Shown here: one piece after another, positions 38,004 to 47,175 of the stretch
How the letters are laid out: each line of letters opens with the position of its first letter
Numbering within the stretch: position 1 is the first letter of the stretch
DNA from: Planctomycetia bacterium
GTDB taxonomy: Bacteria > Planctomycetota > Phycisphaerae > Phycisphaerales > SM1A02
Direction: 5' to 3'
Assembly (NCBI GenBank): GCA_005789005.1
Contig: SYAD01000141.1
Location: forward strand, 1-56,792
Length of the DNA stretch: 56,792 bases
Program-made: the position numbers and the translations under genes
The notes under the pieces: model-generated
Databases searched by the model: none
What the model was told of the DNA's origin: nothing
Seen by the model: the letters and a program-made list of their open reading frames with translations, nothing else

Positions 38004-38560
38004 ATGAAGCCATGAATGAGATCATGAGCACCAACCCCATCAAGTCCATCAACAAAGTATTGGTGTGTCGACGCGGTCAAACACTTGTTGAAATATTGAT
38101 TGTGGCCGCAATTATTGCCGTGCTTGGCGCGCTCAGTGTGAGTTTGTTGAGCCCGCGTGACGAGGAGAAAATAGAAGGGGCGGTGCGCATGTTTGCCCAA
38201 GATGCGGAATGGGCGCGCGGAGCAACGCTGACCAATCCAGACGACCCCGCAAGCATTCGCCTGATGCAAGACCAAACGGGCTGGATAGTGGCCCGTAACT
38301 CCACTCCAACTGTGGCCATGATTTGCAGCGACGGCTCTTCCATGCGTCGCGTTCTTGGGCAAGGAATGTCGCAAGCCGCTGAGGGGGTGCGGCTTGTGTC
38401 GTCAAATACTTCTCAGACCCAAGTTGAATTTGATCCATTTGGTGGCGTAAAGACCTCGCCGGCATCAATTGCCATGTTTTTGCCAGATTCCACTAGCAAA
38501 TGCACAATTACATTCGACTCTGTCACGGGCGCTATGAAGTTGAATTGGTCAAATCAATAA
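38000..38560 (+). CDS. minor (pseudo)pilin, prepilin-type N-terminal domain (GspH/FimT-like?)
   Basis: RRGQTLVEILIVAAIIAVLGAL. ATGA overlap with the upstream gene. Confidence 0.7.
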   Translation: MNEAMNEIMSTNPIKSINKVLVCRRGQTLVEILIVAAIIAVLGALSVSLLSPRDEEKIEGAVRMFAQDAEWARGATLTNPDDPASIRLMQDQTGWIVARNSTPTVAMICSDGSSMRRVLGQGMSQAAEGVRLVSSNTSQTQVEFDPFGGVKTSPASIAMFLPDSTSKCTITFDSVTGAMKLNWSNQ

Positions 38561-38607
38561 AACTTGGGCGCAAGTCACTGGCAAATTGGGTCGAACAAGG
38601 GAGGGCA

Positions 38608-40698
38608 ATGATTATGAATCACACCAACACATCACGGTTTACATCCATTCTTCTAAGCGCGGTGCTGTGTGTGTGTGCCACGTTTGTGTGTGTGCAAACA
38701 CAAACCCACGCTTCAGCCCAGGTGCCATTTCAGGAATTAACACCAGCAACGCGGGCACCAAGGCAATCAACTGCGCCAATCACTGACGCCGCAACGCAAT
38801 CTGGAGCGCAGTCAACTGCAACAACAATTACTCCAGCGCAAGCCGAAGCAGCTAAAAAACTTTCCACACCAAACGGCATGCTTCCACAGTGGAGCGGTTC
38901 CTCAGCGCCCGCCACCACGGCAACTGAAATTACAAACGAAGCTCCAGCCAATCAGCAGGGCATGGAAGAAAAATTAGAAGCCGTCGCCAACGGAGCGCCC
39001 CCCATAGTTGACGTGACCGAGCACGGAACTGTCACTCTTGCAGCGCAAGGAATTGAAATAACCAAGTTGCTTGAATTGCTCAGCATTAAAAGCAAGTTGA
39101 ACATTGTGGCTAGCGAAAAAGTGAAGGCGCTGGTGAGCGTGAGTTTGTACGACGTGCCTGTTGATCAAGCGCTTGACGCGTTGCTGACCGTGAACGGATT
39201 TGTGTGGGAGCGACAGGGACCATTCATTATGGTGTATGCGCGCGCGGAAAAGGAAGCCATGGATAAATCCAAATTGAAGCGTGACGCGCATGTGTTCACG
39301 CTGCAATTTCTTTCGCCAGATGACGCGCTTGCGTTGGTAAAGCCACTTCTGAGCGAAGGCGGCACCGCGGTGTCGCTTGGAAAAGTGAAGGAAGGCTACG
39401 AGCCAACCATCACCGACGGCGGCAGCGACACGTACGCGTTTGCAACACGCGTGCTTGTGAACGACTACCCAGAGGTGATTGAAAAATCCGCCAGAATTTT
39501 GAAGGAAGCGGATGTTCAACCGCAACAAGTTCGCGTGGAAGCCACCATTCTTGTGGCTGATGTGACAGAGGACGACGCATTTGGTTTGGACATTACGGCG
39601 GTTGGCAATATTGATTTTGCCACCGTGACTGGCGGACCCATGAACGCCTTCAATGATTTGAAAAGCGGAGAAATTACACCGGCCAACGCCACCGCCAACG
39701 CGGCCTCCCTATATCCCGCGGGAACAGTTGATCCAACGCTGAAGCTTGGTGTGATTTCAAATGATGTCGCCATCTTTTTGCAGATGCTTGATCAAGTGAA
39801 GAACACCACCGTGCTCGCGCGTCCATCCGTGACAGTGCTGAACCGCCAGAAAGCGCAAGTGAACATTGGCCAGAAGTTGGGTTACTTGTCCACCACTCAA
39901 ACGCAAACCAGCACCACGCAAGAAGTGCAATACATTGACACGGGCATCAAGCTCACCTTCCGCGCGTTTATTAGTCCAGACGGAATGGTGCGCATGGAGC
40001 TTGCGCCATCCATCACCGCGGCCACGTATGAAAATGTGAAGTCGCAAGGAGTTGATTCGCAAATTCCAAATCAAAACAATCAGGATTTGCGTACCAATGT
40101 GCGGGTAAAAAGCGGGCAAACCATTGTGCTAGGTGGACTTTTCCGCGAGGTCAGTTCAACCACCAATCGCCAGATTCCGTTGTTTGGCGACTTGGTTCCT
40201 GGCGCGCTGAGCGGTCAGAAAGACGCCACGCTTCGTCAAGAAGTTATCTTTCTTGTTACGCCAACCATTGTGGAAGACCCCAAGAGTTCCATGGATGGCG
40301 ACATGGCATTGAAGGTGATTGACGCCGTGCAAACTGGCGCGCGCGCTGGCTTGTTGCCTTTCTCACACGCGCAAATTGCCGGCAACTATCAAACACAAGC
40401 GTTGGAGGCGTGGCGCGCGGGCGACACCAAGAAGGCCTCGCTGTATGCGGATCAAGCCATTCGCGTTTCGCCAATGTCACCAAGCATGATTCAGATGCGT
40501 GAGGACATTCGCGCCAACAATTCCGCGCCGTGGAAAACAAAGTTGGACTCGCTTGATTTACTTCCTGATTACATCCGTGAAAAGGGAACCGTGCTTGGAT
40601 TCCCAATGGGCGTGCCCAAGGATGTTTCTGACACCACAAAAAACACGGCGGCAATACCGCCTGATCCAATTCAACCAACCACGGAGATCTTGCCATGA
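38608..40698 (+). CDS. secretin (PilQ/GspD family) with C-terminal extension
   Basis: ATG 38608 is preceded by AAGGGAGGG. Signal peptide; STN/N0-like domain (ITKLLELLSIKSKLNIVASEKVKALVSVSLYDVPVDQALDALLTVNGF); secretin core (TVLARPSVTVLNRQKAQVNIGQKLGY...IPLFGDLV...EVIFLVTPTIV); ~150 aa beyond the core. Confidence 0.85.
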   Translation: MIMNHTNTSRFTSILLSAVLCVCATFVCVQTQTHASAQVPFQELTPATRAPRQSTAPITDAATQSGAQSTATTITPAQAEAAKKLSTPNGMLPQWSGSSAPATTATEITNEAPANQQGMEEKLEAVANGAPPIVDVTEHGTVTLAAQGIEITKLLELLSIKSKLNIVASEKVKALVSVSLYDVPVDQALDALLTVNGFVWERQGPFIMVYARAEKEAMDKSKLKRDAHVFTLQFLSPDDALALVKPLLSEGGTAVSLGKVKEGYEPTITDGGSDTYAFATRVLVNDYPEVIEKSARILKEADVQPQQVRVEATILVADVTEDDAFGLDITAVGNIDFATVTGGPMNAFNDLKSGEITPANATANAASLYPAGTVDPTLKLGVISNDVAIFLQMLDQVKNTTVLARPSVTVLNRQKAQVNIGQKLGYLSTTQTQTSTTQEVQYIDTGIKLTFRAFISPDGMVRMELAPSITAATYENVKSQGVDSQIPNQNNQDLRTNVRVKSGQTIVLGGLFREVSSTTNRQIPLFGDLVPGALSGQKDATLRQEVIFLVTPTIVEDPKSSMDGDMALKVIDAVQTGARAGLLPFSHAQIAGNYQTQALEAWRAGDTKKASLYADQAIRVSPMSPSMIQMREDIRANNSAPWKTKLDSLDLLPDYIREKGTVLGFPMGVPKDVSDTTKNTAAIPPDPIQPTTEILP

Positions 40699-41801
40699 AG
40701 TCACTTCTTTCATCCACATCACTTCTGCTTGTGTTCGCATTGGGCGCTTGCGCAACGCCGCACTCCAAACAAGTGCGTGAAGATGCGCACGATCGATACG
40801 ACCGCGCCAACGCGCAGGTGGTGTTTGATCAGGCCAATCAAAGTTTTCACGCCGGCCAATTTGAAGCCGCCCTGGGACATATTGACAAGGCCATTGCGCG
40901 CTATCCAAAAGATGGAAATTACGAAGTCATGCGCGGACGAATTCTGTTGGAAATGAAACGCACCGATATGGCGCGCGACGCCTTTGTGAAGGCGGCCACA
41001 CTTTCACCAACATCCGCTGATCCTCATTACTACATGGGAATAGTTTTGCAGCGGTGGAACGAGCTGGATAAAGCCGCCGCGGAATACGCCAAGGCATTTG
41101 AGTTGGCGCCGTCGCAGTTGCAATATGTTGCCGCAGAGTGTGAAACATTGATCGCGGTCGGCCGATTGGATGACGCTGAAAATAGATTGCTTGCCGTGCA
41201 AAAAACATTCGAGTTTAGTCCCGTGCTTGATCGCATACATGCGGATCTTGCGGGACAGCGCGGTGATTTAACGGAACGCGAAAGATGGTTAAGCGCGGCG
41301 CGTTTGCGCACCGAGCCAGCCAAGGCGCAGCAACTTATGGAAGAAATAGCCGTAACACGATTTGAGCAGGGCAATTGGGTGGGCTGCATTGATGCGCTTG
41401 AAGATGAGGCGCTGAAAGATTGCGTAAAATCCACCGAACTGGTTCGATTGCGCGCGCGCTGTTTGCTCATGATGGACCGCGCCCGCGACGCGCGTGATTT
41501 AATGTTGACGTTGCGCACACAAACAGATGGCGACGGAAGAAATGCCAGCGTGCTTGGTCTTGCCGCCATGCGTATTGGCGACACGGCGCGCATGATTGAT
41601 GCGGGACACATTCTCACTCAGGCTCGACCAGAGAGCGCCGATGGTTGGGTGCTTCTTGGCGTGGCCGCCATGCAAAATGGTGATCGCGCGGAGGCGGTTC
41701 GTTTGTTAAGCGAAGCCAACAAGCGCGAGCCAAACAAAAAATTACCAAAGCAATTGCTTGCGGCCGCTTCCAACGTGGCTATTGCGCGCGCCACGCCGTA
41801 A
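40695..41801 (+). CDS. TPR-repeat outer-membrane lipoprotein (PilF/PilW-like pilotin candidate)
   Basis: Lipobox LVFALGAC, multiple TPR-like repeats. ATGA overlap with the secretin stop. Confidence 0.7.
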   Translation: MKSLLSSTSLLLVFALGACATPHSKQVREDAHDRYDRANAQVVFDQANQSFHAGQFEAALGHIDKAIARYPKDGNYEVMRGRILLEMKRTDMARDAFVKAATLSPTSADPHYYMGIVLQRWNELDKAAAEYAKAFELAPSQLQYVAAECETLIAVGRLDDAENRLLAVQKTFEFSPVLDRIHADLAGQRGDLTERERWLSAARLRTEPAKAQQLMEEIAVTRFEQGNWVGCIDALEDEALKDCVKSTELVRLRARCLLMMDRARDARDLMLTLRTQTDGDGRNASVLGLAAMRIGDTARMIDAGHILTQARPESADGWVLLGVAAMQNGDRAEAVRLLSEANKREPNKKLPKQLLAAASNVAIARATP

Positions 41802-41876
41802 GCGGGGTGAATTAATGTGCGCTTGTTGTACCGCGCGTTTCAATAAGTGCGTGTTTCAACTACTGCTTTTAGAATT

Positions 41877-42644
41877 TCAGCGTCGACGTCGAACCATCAA
41901 GCCCGCAAGACCCAGCAGCGCAAATGCGCCTGGAGCCGGCACGAACCCGTAGGTAAATGTCTGATCAAAGGAGGGCTGCGATGTAGCTCCGCTGCCTGCT
42001 GTTGTGCCATTCACTTTCATGGTGACATTGCCCCTGAACTGAAGGGTCAGAACATCGGTTGTCAACATATTAGTGGTCTCAACAGAGAAGCGACCAAGCA
42101 TGATGCGTTTGTCGGCGTATGTGCCAGCCAGGGCGATTATGTCTGTTGGATTCCCGGTGAACCAACCCGCGCCTTGATACCTGCCCGCGCTGTTGCTTGC
42201 ACCAACAATGGTGCCGGCGCCAACAGTGTTTGCGTTTAAGAAGTTTGGATCCTTGGCAATGGCGGCGTCGGTGTGATCCTGCGTACGCGCGCCAATAGTT
42301 ACAAATGAATCCCAGTCTTTTGTTGCGGCGCTACCGGAAGGCAGCCAAGTTGTGCCACTGGCTTGCGCAAACCCGGCGCCGTTGGTTGGCGTCACTGCAT
42401 TGCCAGTGTTCCAGACGCCGTTGAGCGAAGTTCGCACAAGTCCGGTGTTTGTTGACGTGCCGTAGTAGCTGACAAGCTTGTCAAAAGCGCCATTGAAGTC
42501 GGCGTAAATATCCATCACTGAGTATTGACGGCTGCCATCAACTACTTGGTAATTGGTGCTTGTTATTCCAAGAAATGCGGCGTTGGCGCCGGCAACGGTG
42601 GTGGCCAAAGTAATAGAACAAACAAAGCAATTTGAGATCTTCAT
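41877..42644 (-). CDS. PEP-CTERM sorting-domain protein, paralogue 1
   Basis: Signal peptide MKISNCFVCSITLATTVAGANA. C-terminal FVPAPGAFALLGLAGLMVRRRR reads as a P-x-P motif, TM helix and Arg tail. Start set at ATG 42644. Confidence 0.75.
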   Translation of the reverse strand: MKISNCFVCSITLATTVAGANAAFLGITSTNYQVVDGSRQYSVMDIYADFNGAFDKLVSYYGTSTNTGLVRTSLNGVWNTGNAVTPTNGAGFAQASGTTWLPSGSAATKDWDSFVTIGARTQDHTDAAIAKDPNFLNANTVGAGTIVGASNSAGRYQGAGWFTGNPTDIIALAGTYADKRIMLGRFSVETTNMLTTDVLTLQFRGNVTMKVNGTTAGSGATSQPSFDQTFTYGFVPAPGAFALLGLAGLMVRRRR

Positions 42645-42787
42645 AGCTACTCCAAGATTGAAAGCACAGCCACTGGCAGAAACATAAACAAGTTCAGTTT
42701 TGCCAGGCACCCACAAGCGGTTGCAGGGGGATTAGGCAAAACACAAGAGCACAACGGCTCCTACAACTATGTAAACGTAAAAAATTG

Positions 42788-42801
42788 GTGACCTTGATCA
42801 C
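42788..42801. promoter_or_regulatory. GTGA-N6-TCAC (CRP/FNR-like core) site conserved upstream of both PEP-CTERM paralogues
   Basis: GTGAccttgaTCAC here and GTGAcggcgaTCAC at 48082-48095, each inside a longer conserved block (...GTAAACGTAAAAAAT.GGTGAC...GATCACGCAATA...). Confidence 0.3.
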
Positions 42802-42861
42802 GCAATACGAAAGATTTGTAAATTTTATATAAAGATGGGTTTGCGGCGTAAAAATCGCGTT

Positions 42862-43950
42862 TTAACGCCCTGCGGCGTCGGCAGCCATGATCGCTTCCGC
42901 CACCATATTCGCCGTTACGGGGAACGGCTCGTTGTGAACAAACTCGCTGGCAATGGTGGCGCGCGCGGCAACTTTGGCAAGCATGTCCTGGCTTAAGTTG
43001 GCGCAACCAATATCGGCCAACGTTGTGGGCAATCCAACTGACTTGCAGAACGCAATCACTTGGTTGATTTGCGCGGGGTCCGATTTTTCCAACATCAATT
43101 GAGCGATCACGCCAAAGGCAACTTTTTCGCCGTGCATGTACGCCTTTGCGCCGGGCACCACGGTGAGTCCGTTGTGAACGGAGTGGGCGCCCGCAAGACC
43201 GGCGGACTCAAAGCCCAAACCAGACAGCAATATGTTGGCTTCAATAACGCGCTCCAGCGCGGGCGTGATTGTTTTTTCTTTGGCGGCGCGCAAGGCGGCC
43301 ACGCCATCGGCCAACAATGTTTTGTAGCACAACTCCGCAATGGCCATTGAAGTAAGCGAGCGCGCACCGCCGCACATGTTTGGTTTATTGGAGCGCATGC
43401 AAGCGCGCGCCTCGAAATATGTGGAGAGCGCATCGCCCATGCCGGCAACAAACGTACGCACCGGCGCGTTGGCGATCACGTGCGTGTCCACAAGAATCAA
43501 CATTGGATTGCGCGGGTGAATGAGAGCTGTTTCAACCACGCCTTGCTCGTTGTACACAACAGAAATGGCGCAGGTTGGCGAATCGGTGGAGGCAATGGTG
43601 GGGCAACATATAAATGGAAGCTCAAGTTCCGCCGCCGCCGCGCGCGAGGCGTCCAATACCTTGCCGCCGCCGGCGCCAACAATAATGGCGCTCTTGGCGG
43701 CGCGCGCTGTTGCAGCAATGCTGGCGATTTCCGCGGCGGTGCATTCGCGCGCAAAGTCATGAATGGAAAACGCGTAGCCGGTTTGCGTGAGCGAGTCACG
43801 CCAAATATTTTCAAGCAACTTGCGCGGCGAGGCGCTAGCCACAATCAACACGTGGCCGCGTAGACCAAGCACTTTCATTTCGGCGCCAAGACTTTGCGTC
43901 GCGTGGGCGCCTTGCGTGTATCGAAGCGGGGAGCAGAAAATTGTGTTCAT
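42862..43950 (-). CDS. gldA: glycerol dehydrogenase (iron-containing ADH family)
   Basis: RYTQG..., IIVGAGGGKVLD, and HNG/HGEKVAFG metal-binding histidines, typical of GldA. Confidence 0.85.
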   Translation of the reverse strand: MNTIFCSPLRYTQGAHATQSLGAEMKVLGLRGHVLIVASASPRKLLENIWRDSLTQTGYAFSIHDFARECTAAEIASIAATARAAKSAIIVGAGGGKVLDASRAAAAELELPFICCPTIASTDSPTCAISVVYNEQGVVETALIHPRNPMLILVDTHVIANAPVRTFVAGMGDALSTYFEARACMRSNKPNMCGGARSLTSMAIAELCYKTLLADGVAALRAAKEKTITPALERVIEANILLSGLGFESAGLAGAHSVHNGLTVVPGAKAYMHGEKVAFGVIAQLMLEKSDPAQINQVIAFCKSVGLPTTLADIGCANLSQDMLAKVAARATIASEFVHNEPFPVTANMVAEAIMAADAAGR

Positions 43951-44051
43951 GCGTGTCAGGGTACTGCTCTACACATCGTGCGCGTAGGATTGAGTTAGAC
44001 TTATTTATCAGGCGTTTCAGCTCAGCATAAACCAAGAAAGATTCAAATCAA

Positions 44052-44564
44052 ATGAGCAACAAAAAAACAATGTGGATGTCTGCAATGGTGATCGCGGCTT
44101 CAGTATGCGTGGTGGCGATTCTTGGCGCAGCGAATCAAGCTTCCGCACCAACGGCGGCTCCAGAGAAGGAAACCCGCGAAGCCGTGGCGCAATTTTATAA
44201 GGCGCTGAATGTGTTGTTCACGGGCGACGTGAAGCCCATGAACGATGTGTGGTCTCATGCCGACGATGTCACCTACATGGGTCCAGCCGGCGGTTTTCAG
44301 ATTGGTTGGAAAAACGTAGGTGAGGAGCTTGGTCGTCAAGCCGCAATGAAGTTGGGCGGAAAGATTGAGCCATCCGACATTCACGTGATCGTCATGGGTG
44401 GCGCGTTGGCCATTGTAAGTAATTACGAGAAGGGCGAGAACGTTGACGCGGCGGGTAAAAAAGTTCCAGTATCAATCCGCGCCACCACCACATTCCGCAG
44501 CGAAGGCGGCAAGTGGAAAATGATTGGGCATCACACGGATTTGTTGCCGTCGCTTGCAAAGTAA
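44052..44564 (+). CDS. exported SnoaL-like / DUF4440 (NTF2 superfamily) protein
   Basis: N-terminal TM/signal, then AVAQFYKALNVLFTGDVKPMNDVWSHADDVTYMGP and a ...GGKWKMIGHH ending, typical of this fold. Confidence 0.6.
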   Translation: MSNKKTMWMSAMVIAASVCVVAILGAANQASAPTAAPEKETREAVAQFYKALNVLFTGDVKPMNDVWSHADDVTYMGPAGGFQIGWKNVGEELGRQAAMKLGGKIEPSDIHVIVMGGALAIVSNYEKGENVDAAGKKVPVSIRATTTFRSEGGKWKMIGHHTDLLPSLAK

Positions 44565-44649
44565 ATCGCGATCAACTTGATGTGAGCGGCTGTATTCTTT
44601 GCACGCCACTTCATCGATCACTGTTTATTCAAGGGCAAGTATTCCAATC

Positions 44650-45840
44650 ATGAATTGCGCATCACATTTTATTTCAGTATTTAAAAATTCCGCCGCGCGC
44701 ATTGCCGCGCCATTTATTTTGGCGGCATTGTCGCTGTTGTCCGGTTGCGCCACCGCTTCATCACGCGCCGCGTATTGCCCACCCAAGGTTGCGTGGGAAA
44801 GAAAGTCGCCCGCAGAAGTTGGCTTTGACGCCAATCAACTTGCCCAAGCCATCGCGTGGGCGCAAACGCAACCAACGGATTGGCCTACGGATTTTTCCAC
44901 ACAGACGGAAATATTTGGCAAGCAGCTTGGTCCAGTGCCCAAGAGTCGCGCCGCCATGAACGGAATTATTCTTCGCCACGGTTACATCGTTGCGGAATTT
45001 GGCGACGTAGAAGCGGTGGACCCTTCATACAGCATGGCCAAAAGTTACTTGTCAACCATTCTTGGTTTAACCATTGATCGCGGCATGATTGGCGACATTC
45101 ACGATGAAGTTGGATTGCTTGTGAAAGATGGCGGCTACGAATCGCCGCACAATTCCAAAGTGACGTGGAAACATCACGCAACACAAAGCAGCGAGTGGCA
45201 GGGCGAATTGTTTGGAAAGTCCACCACCTTTGTTGGCAAGGAAGAATATGGCCACGCCGCAGCGAAGCCGCGCGACATTCACGAGCCCGGGACTTTTTAT
45301 GAATACAACGACGTGCGCATGAATCGCCTTGCGTTGTCGCTGCTTCGCTTGTGGAAACGACCACTGCCCGACGTGTTGAAAACAGAAATCATGGATCCCA
45401 TTGGCGCGTCGAATACTTGGCGCTATATCCCATACGACAACGCGTTTGTTGATGTGAATGGAACGATGATGGGATCGGTCAGCGGCGGCACGCGCTGGGG
45501 CGGCGGACTGTGGATGGACTCGCTGGATCACGCGCGCTTTGGACTTTTAATTTCTCGCAATGGAAATTGGAATGGCAAACAAATTATTTCAAGCGAGTGG
45601 ATTGAACAAGCGACTCGCCCGCAGGGCATGAACCCCGAGTACGGATATTTGTGGTGGCTGAACACAACGGGTCGTTGGCCCGCCGCGCCCAAGACATGTT
45701 TTTCCGCGCAGGGTGCGGGCGACAACTCCATTTGGATTGATCGCGAACACGATCTTGTTGTGGTCTGGCGTTGGCACAAAGGCGCGCAAGTTCCGGCCGA
45801 GTTCTACAAGCGAATCTTGCAGTCACTTACGGATGCGTGA
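44650..45840 (+). CDS. beta-lactamase-related serine hydrolase, lipoprotein
   Basis: Lipobox LSLLSGC and SxxK motif (YSMAKS). Size and pattern fit class C beta-lactamase / esterase-like hydrolases. Start set at ATG 44650. Confidence 0.75.
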   Translation: MNCASHFISVFKNSAARIAAPFILAALSLLSGCATASSRAAYCPPKVAWERKSPAEVGFDANQLAQAIAWAQTQPTDWPTDFSTQTEIFGKQLGPVPKSRAAMNGIILRHGYIVAEFGDVEAVDPSYSMAKSYLSTILGLTIDRGMIGDIHDEVGLLVKDGGYESPHNSKVTWKHHATQSSEWQGELFGKSTTFVGKEEYGHAAAKPRDIHEPGTFYEYNDVRMNRLALSLLRLWKRPLPDVLKTEIMDPIGASNTWRYIPYDNAFVDVNGTMMGSVSGGTRWGGGLWMDSLDHARFGLLISRNGNWNGKQIISSEWIEQATRPQGMNPEYGYLWWLNTTGRWPAAPKTCFSAQGAGDNSIWIDREHDLVVVWRWHKGAQVPAEFYKRILQSLTDA

Positions 45841-45902
45841 AGAGGCAAGCCTGGATTGAATAAGTAAGAACTCGGTTGTGTTCAATTATTTACAATCACG
45901 TT

Positions 45903-47120
45903 CTAGCGTGGCGACTCTTTGCGCGTGCCTTTAATTTTTGGGGCCACTACTGGCGCCGCTACTGGCGCCACTTCTGGCGACACTTCTGGCGGCGCGCACG
46001 GTCCGTAGTTCACCAACTGCAAACCAACATCCGCGCCGTTCACTTCATTGTCGCCGTTCAGGTCGCCGCAGTTCAGTTGCGCGGTGAGGGCGGCGTTGGC
46101 GGTGGTGAGAGCGGCGTTAGCGGTGGTGGCGTCGGACAACAGTTCAATAAAGCTCTTTGCCTGCACTGCAGCAACGTTGTAACCAGATGCGACAATTGAT
46201 GTGACGCCAACAAGGTCCGGCGGCACATTGCACTCGCCTTGGGTGTTGTTGCCCCACACGCGAACCAAGCCGTCCACCTGCAGCGCCACGCTGTTGTAAT
46301 TGCCAGCCGCGACAGCGATGCATGCCCCGATACCAACGGGAACGTTGAGCTGGCCTTGGTAGTTGTCTCCCCACGTACGGACAGTGCGGTTTTCGCGGAG
46401 CGCAATCCCGTGACGATCGCCGATCGCGATTGCGGTGGACGCGCCAACATCCGAGGGCACGGTGCAGACGCCACTAGCGTTAGATCCCCACATGATCACC
46501 GTTCCGTTGGCTTGAATCGCTCCGGAGTTGTCGTCCCCGGCAGCGATGGCCTTGCAGGCCCCAAGGTCCGCAGGCACCGCGCATTGATTCTTGTCGTTCC
46601 TGCCCCATGCGCGCACGATGCCACTTTCCTGCAGGGCAACGATGTGGTTGCTCATGCACGCGATGGCTTTGCAAGCTCCGAGATCTGTCGGAATTGTTTT
46701 CGTGCCGTAAGAATCCGTTTTGCCCCACACGCGCACGATGCCATCCGTGCGGAGCGCGACACTGATAGAGGTACCCGCCGCAATGGCCTTGCAGGCTCCA
46801 AGGTCCGATGGCGCAACCGTCTGGCCATAGTTGAAGTTGATGCCACTGTAGGTATTCGCTCCCCAACCACTAATGCTGCCATTCGGGAGCAGCGCGAGAC
46901 CGTGTTCGGTGCTCAGTGCCACAGCCGTTACCCCCTCAACAATTTGTGGTGGGCTCGCCTGACCCAAGAGATTGGCTCCCCACACGCGGGCCATGCTTTG
47001 CGCGTGTGCGGTGCCAACCACTGCCATCGCCCCCGCGGCAGCGATGAACGCCGCCATCGCGCTAGCACGAACGGAATGCGATGGGGTTACGAACGGTAAG
47101 GATGTGAGTTTAAGTTGCAT
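45903..47120 (-). CDS. secreted RCC1-like beta-propeller repeat protein with C-terminal dockerin/EF-hand-like module
   Basis: Signal peptide. Roughly 40-aa repeats of (V/A)R(V/A)WG.N..GQ..VP.DLGACKAIAAG....VAL. C-terminal CGDLNGDNEVNGADVGLQLVNYGPC followed by a Pro/Val/Ala tail. Confidence 0.7.
   Translation of the reverse strand: MQLKLTSLPFVTPSHSVRASAMAAFIAAAGAMAVVGTAHAQSMARVWGANLLGQASPPQIVEGVTAVALSTEHGLALLPNGSISGWGANTYSGINFNYGQTVAPSDLGACKAIAAGTSISVALRTDGIVRVWGKTDSYGTKTIPTDLGACKAIACMSNHIVALQESGIVRAWGRNDKNQCAVPADLGACKAIAAGDDNSGAIQANGTVIMWGSNASGVCTVPSDVGASTAIAIGDRHGIALRENRTVRTWGDNYQGQLNVPVGIGACIAVAAGNYNSVALQVDGLVRVWGNNTQGECNVPPDLVGVTSIVASGYNVAAVQAKSFIELLSDATTANAALTTANAALTAQLNCGDLNGDNEVNGADVGLQLVNYGPCAPPEVSPEVAPVAAPVVAPKIKGTRKESPR
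45944..45991 (-). repeat. 12-nt in-frame tandem repeat x4 in the 3' coding end of the RCC1/dockerin gene
   Basis: ccactactggcg / ccgctactggcg / ccacttctggcg / acacttctggcg on the + strand, encoding PEVS-PEVA-PVAA-PVVA-type units on the - strand. Confidence 0.8.
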
Positions 47121-47175
47121 GTAAGGGCTTTCTAAAAAATGGAATGAAAGAAATTTGTAAAAGAGTGTTCACCAT

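Noticed and set aside
46239-47099. 286-aa plus-strand ORF inside the RCC1-repeat gene
   Set aside because: The minus-strand frame gives a signal peptide, regular propeller repeats and a dockerin-like module. The plus-strand frame is an Arg/His-rich shadow.
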